A DNA stretch of 64,000 nucleotides from Gammaproteobacteria bacterium. Its GTDB lineage: Bacteria; Pseudomonadota; Gammaproteobacteria; Eutrophobiales; Eutrophobiaceae. The notes under the pieces were generated by a model. That model did not search any database. It had not been told where the DNA came from and worked only from the letters and a program-made list of their open reading frames with translations. The stretch spans positions 2,368,001 to 2,432,000 of the forward strand of contig OZ220696.1 of assembly GCA_965116495.1 (NCBI GenBank), given 5' to 3'. Each line of letters begins with the position of its first letter. The stretch's first letter is position 1. Positions 60,872 through 64,000 of this stretch are shown in pieces. The translations under genes were made by a program, and so were the position numbers.

Positions 60872-61033
60872 CTAATCGGACTGGCGGACTGGCGGACTGG
60901 CGGACTGGCGGACTGGCCGCTTTTTCACTTTATCACGTTTTTGTTTTACCGTCCCGTCTCCTGCTTTCACCACCCGCTTTATTGCTTCTTTAAACGTCAT
61001 GTTCAACGGCTCTATGATGCCCCGCTTCATCAT
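60872..61033 (-). CDS. 53-aa basic ORF coupled to the transposase and in frame with the MTase
   Basis: ATGA overlap with the transposase stop; MMKRGIIEPLNMTFKEAIKRVVK...RQSD*. Confidence 0.55.
   Translation of the reverse strand: MMKRGIIEPLNMTFKEAIKRVVKAGDGTVKQKRDKVKKRPVRQSASPPVRQSD
60877..60916. repeat. Perfect octamer tandem repeat CGGACTGG x5
   Basis: Read directly from the sequence. Confidence 0.95.
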
Positions 61034-61947
61034 GCGACCTCCCGGATTAGTTCGTTGTATGGAAGCCTTTTACCGATGCCCCCTTTGATCACTTTGCCGA
61101 TTGCGGCGGCGCCTGTCAAGCACCGATTGTTATGGCGATGCACATACTCGGTGACGTAGCGATGAGTATGCTTCATGCTCCACCAGTGATGCGTACCGAT
61201 ATAACCGCGCTTGACCAATGCCCAGAAAGACTCGATCCCGTTTGTGTTAACCTGCGCGTTCACATACTCGCCTGCGCTGTGCCTCACCGTCCCATGTTGG
61301 TAGAACAGGCTGTGCAGGCCGGCATAGCCTCTATGCTCATCCGTATAGACCTGCGAGCCAATCTCAACGTGCTGGTGGATAGCGCCGTGCAGAGTCTCTT
61401 TGTCGGTGCGCCGGATCGGGAAGGCCCGGACTTCGCCACCGCGTTGCAGGATGCCTAATACCGGCTGTTTGCCAACCGTGCCGCGCCCCGCCTTCATACG
61501 GTGCTGTACGTGTTTGTTGCCTTCCTTGCCGCCCAGGTACGTCTCATCCACCTCAACCTCACCCGTCAACGGGTTAATCCCGTCCGTGCAGGCTTCCCGG
61601 ATGCGATTTGACAGATACCAGGCTGTCTTTTGCGTAACGCCCAGGTTCTTTGCAAACTGAACGCTTGATATCCCCTTGCGGGCAGTGGTCATTATGTTAA
61701 TTGCCAGTAACCATGTCTGCAATGGCAGGCGGGAGCTTTCCATGATCATGCCGGTACGGACACTGAAACGCTCCTTGCACTCGGCGCACTTGTAACCCAT
61801 GCCGCCCTTGATCTCATATACCTTGTCATGTCCACAATGCGGGCAGGTAATACCATCAGACCAACGCTGTTCGATGATGAACTGCTTGCAGGACTCCTCA
61901 GTCGGAAACTGCTGGTAAAATTCGGGAATGCTCATGTAGTCTTTCAT
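61030..61947 (-). CDS. IS1595-family transposase
   Basis: Zn ribbon CPHC..CAEC, HTH, GEVEVDETY, VYTDE, NTNGIESFW. Confidence 0.94.
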   Translation of the reverse strand: MKDYMSIPEFYQQFPTEESCKQFIIEQRWSDGITCPHCGHDKVYEIKGGMGYKCAECKERFSVRTGMIMESSRLPLQTWLLAINIMTTARKGISSVQFAKNLGVTQKTAWYLSNRIREACTDGINPLTGEVEVDETYLGGKEGNKHVQHRMKAGRGTVGKQPVLGILQRGGEVRAFPIRRTDKETLHGAIHQHVEIGSQVYTDEHRGYAGLHSLFYQHGTVRHSAGEYVNAQVNTNGIESFWALVKRGYIGTHHWWSMKHTHRYVTEYVHRHNNRCLTGAAAIGKVIKGGIGKRLPYNELIREVA

Positions 61948-62239
61948 CTGTTTTTCCTTGCAAATCAATTAACTGATACTTAATTGTACCAATAATTGAG
62001 CAAGTGTCAACAGTTTTTTACAACTTTTTTCGGATTATTTCAGGGTGGAAATAGCGCGCGGGTATACGGTAGGATCGGAGAGTTGTTAGAGTGGGGACGG
62101 TGCGGAAACACCGTCCCTCAATTTCCACCGCGTAAGCGGAAGTGTCTGGCCGGACAGGTAAAGTATAACCTCTCCTGTCCTGCCGTCAAGTTCGTTCTGT
62201 TTACGCCTTCATGCCGCGTATGCGGCAGGAGGATTGATC

Positions 62240-62299
62240 ATGGCCAATCGCCGAAAGACGGTGCCGGTCAAAGCGCACAAGCGCAGACCACCGAAGTAA
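62240..62299 (+). CDS. Putative 19-aa basic peptide MANRRKTVPVKAHKRRPPK
   Basis: SD AGGAGG 7 nt upstream; terminator directly downstream. Confidence 0.5.
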   Translation: MANRRKTVPVKAHKRRPPK

Positions 62300-62308
62300 C
62301 CAGTACGG

Positions 62309-62332
62309 CCCCGTACTCAGTGCGGGGTTTTT
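62309..62332 (+). terminator. Rho-independent terminator inside the IS right end
   Basis: CCCCGTAC-TCA-GTGCGGGG-TTTTT. Confidence 0.75.
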
Positions 62333-62512
62333 CGTATAGTACAATTAGGTATATAATTCCCATATTATCTGTATGTCATGATTGCCAGATTCCTTCCGAT
62401 GGTAATAGAGACACTTGGCAAGAAAAGTCGAAAGTGATTGCTGCGGCTGGTAAATTTGTGGAAGGGTAGACATAATTTCTTTGTTTACGGGCATATATCG
62501 GACATCCATAAT

Positions 62513-63553
62513 ATGCAACAAGCGGCGCTGGAAAACAAACTCCTGCAATTGGCTACGGGACATCAGCTGGCGGCTGCCCTTTACTTCGTTACGGTCAACA
62601 AAATTCCCGATTGCCTCAAGGATGGCCCACGAACGGCAGGGGACATAGCGGCTGCAGTCGGATTGCCCGCCGGGTCCGTTTACCGCCTGCTGCGGGCGAT
62701 GACCACATCCGGAATATTCCGTTTGCAGGACGGCAGGTTCTCATTGACGGAGATAAGCGACCTGTTGCGTACGGACCATGCCCGGAGCCAGCGTTCCAAG
62801 ATCCTGCTCGCTGCCAGCGACCTGGATGTATGGTCCAGGTTGGGCGAGGCCGTGGAACTGGAAGACGCCCTACCCGACGTAAAGAAGGACTGGTATCTCG
62901 AGTGGGGTAAGGACGAGGACCCCATCATGATTTTCGACAAGGCCATGCGCTCCTACTATTTTGATGCGCCAGCCCCCTTGCTTGGAATTTACGATTTCAG
63001 CAGCATCAATACACTGGTGGATATTGCCGGTGGCGATGGCGGACACCTGATTGAAATTCTGAAGGCATTCCCCGACATGACGGGTATTCTATTCGAGCAG
63101 ACTGAAACAGCGCAGCGCGCGGAGGCCTACATTCGTGAGGCCGGCCTATCGGAAAGATGTATGTGTGCCGCAGGGAATTTTTTCAAACCGGAAACCATAC
63201 CTGAAGATGGTGATGCCTACATGATGCGTAACATCATGCACTGTTGGGCCGATGATCCCTGCAGGCAGATTCTGACAAACATCACTGCGCGCATGCCCGA
63301 TACTGCGCGTATCCTTGTCATGGAGCAGAAACTCCCCTCTAGTGATGAACAACTGAATGACTGCGCGGAACATTGGGGAGTCACGCCGGCGTGGTGGGAT
63401 ATGTTGATGTTGCTGTGGTTCGGGGGAGCGGAACGCACCGTGGAAGAATTCAACACATTGTACGAGTCTGCCGGTATGAAGCTGGCCAATGTTATGGAGG
63501 GCAAACTGGGTACCGTTGTTTATGAAGGAGTCAAAACTTCTCAGAAATCCTGA
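62513..63553 (+). CDS. SAM-dependent O-methyltransferase (Methyltransf_2 with dimerisation HTH)
   Basis: LVDIAGGDG, AGNFF, MRNIMHCWAD, GGAERT. Confidence 0.9.
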   Translation: MQQAALENKLLQLATGHQLAAALYFVTVNKIPDCLKDGPRTAGDIAAAVGLPAGSVYRLLRAMTTSGIFRLQDGRFSLTEISDLLRTDHARSQRSKILLAASDLDVWSRLGEAVELEDALPDVKKDWYLEWGKDEDPIMIFDKAMRSYYFDAPAPLLGIYDFSSINTLVDIAGGDGGHLIEILKAFPDMTGILFEQTETAQRAEAYIREAGLSERCMCAAGNFFKPETIPEDGDAYMMRNIMHCWADDPCRQILTNITARMPDTARILVMEQKLPSSDEQLNDCAEHWGVTPAWWDMLMLLWFGGAERTVEEFNTLYESAGMKLANVMEGKLGTVVYEGVKTSQKS

Positions 63554-63588
63554 GAATCAATACGCTTTACAATCAAAAGAAGCGGGAA

Positions 63589-64000
63589 ATGGTCACTGAT
63601 ATCGAAGCATTAATTGGCCGGCGTCAGACCGGTTACAGCCTGCCCGGGCCATTCTATACCGACACTGACGTTTACCGGCTTGACGCAGACCGCGTCTTCA
63701 GCAAACTCTGGATGCTGGCCGGCCATGTTTCCCAAATCCCGGAACCAGGCGATTATTTCCTGGCTGAAATTGCCGGTGAGTCCATTTGCATCGTGCGCCG
63801 GGGCGAAGGGGAAATCAGCGCTTTTTACAATGTGTGCCGGCATCGCGGGTCGCGCATATGCCGGGAACAACGGGGCAATACCCGGGCGTTTGTCTGTCCG
63901 TACCATGCCTGGTCCTACAACCTGGACGGTTCACTCCGTGCTGCCCGGCTGATGCCCGAAGATTTCACCAGGGAAGACATGGGGCTCCACCCTTGTCACG
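63589..64000 (+). CDS. Rieske non-heme iron oxygenase alpha subunit (GbcA/Stc2-like; runs off the right edge)
   Basis: Manual translation: SLPGPFY, PGDYF, NVCRHRGS...CPYHAWSY. Confidence 0.92.
   Translation, partial: MVTDIEALIGRRQTGYSLPGPFYTDTDVYRLDADRVFSKLWMLAGHVSQIPEPGDYFLAEIAGESICIVRRGEGEISAFYNVCRHRGSRICREQRGNTRAFVCPYHAWSYNLDGSLRAARLMPEDFTREDMGLHPCH

Larger units (their letters stand above)
59608..62361 (-). mobile_element. IS1595-family transporter IS with passenger genes (2754 bp)
   Basis: 25-bp IRs GGGAATTATATACTTAATTGTACTA / TAGTACAATTAGGTATATAATTCCC (one mismatch); 8-bp TSD ATATTATC at 59600-59607 and 62362-62369. Confidence 0.92.

Noticed and set aside
61996-62469. 157-aa ORF crossing the IS right end
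   Set aside because: It spans the IR and TSD junction, has no motifs, and overlaps hairpins and a terminator
1-64000. CRISPR array, rRNA or tRNA genes
   Set aside because: No regularly spaced repeat-spacer array, rRNA-like stretch or convincing cloverleaf was seen by eye

Overview
Probably a gammaproteobacterial chromosome segment (glyQ-glyS-gmhB-plsC operon, phasin, Gld-like ABC operon, pyc). Core and catabolic genes are interleaved with many accessory inserts: about nine toxin-antitoxin loci or remnants, two IS4 elements, one IS1182, two MITE-like elements and a small restriction island. Three regions stand out. (1) A four-gene membrane operon (10746-15710) encodes a multi-TM coiled-coil protein, an anchored VWA-like protein, a MotA/ExbB/ZorA-like subunit with a long, internally duplicated helical tail, and a MotB/ExbD-like subunit without an OmpA domain. 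It is a candidate undescribed Zorya-like ion-driven stator system and lies next to a thermonuclease-ComEA fusion gene interrupted by two IS. (2) A 2754-bp IS1595-family transporter element (25-bp IRs, 8-bp target duplication) carries a DNA methyltransferase-HNH fusion, an in-frame leader ORF with an octamer repeat, and a separately terminated 19-aa basic peptide. (3) An HTH-fused zinc-ribbon methyltransferase is paired with a putative PD-(D/E)xK nuclease. Edge genes missed by the ORF track are a XylM/AlkB-like monooxygenase (left) and a Rieske oxygenase alpha subunit (right). All family calls come from reading motifs by eye; no searches were run.
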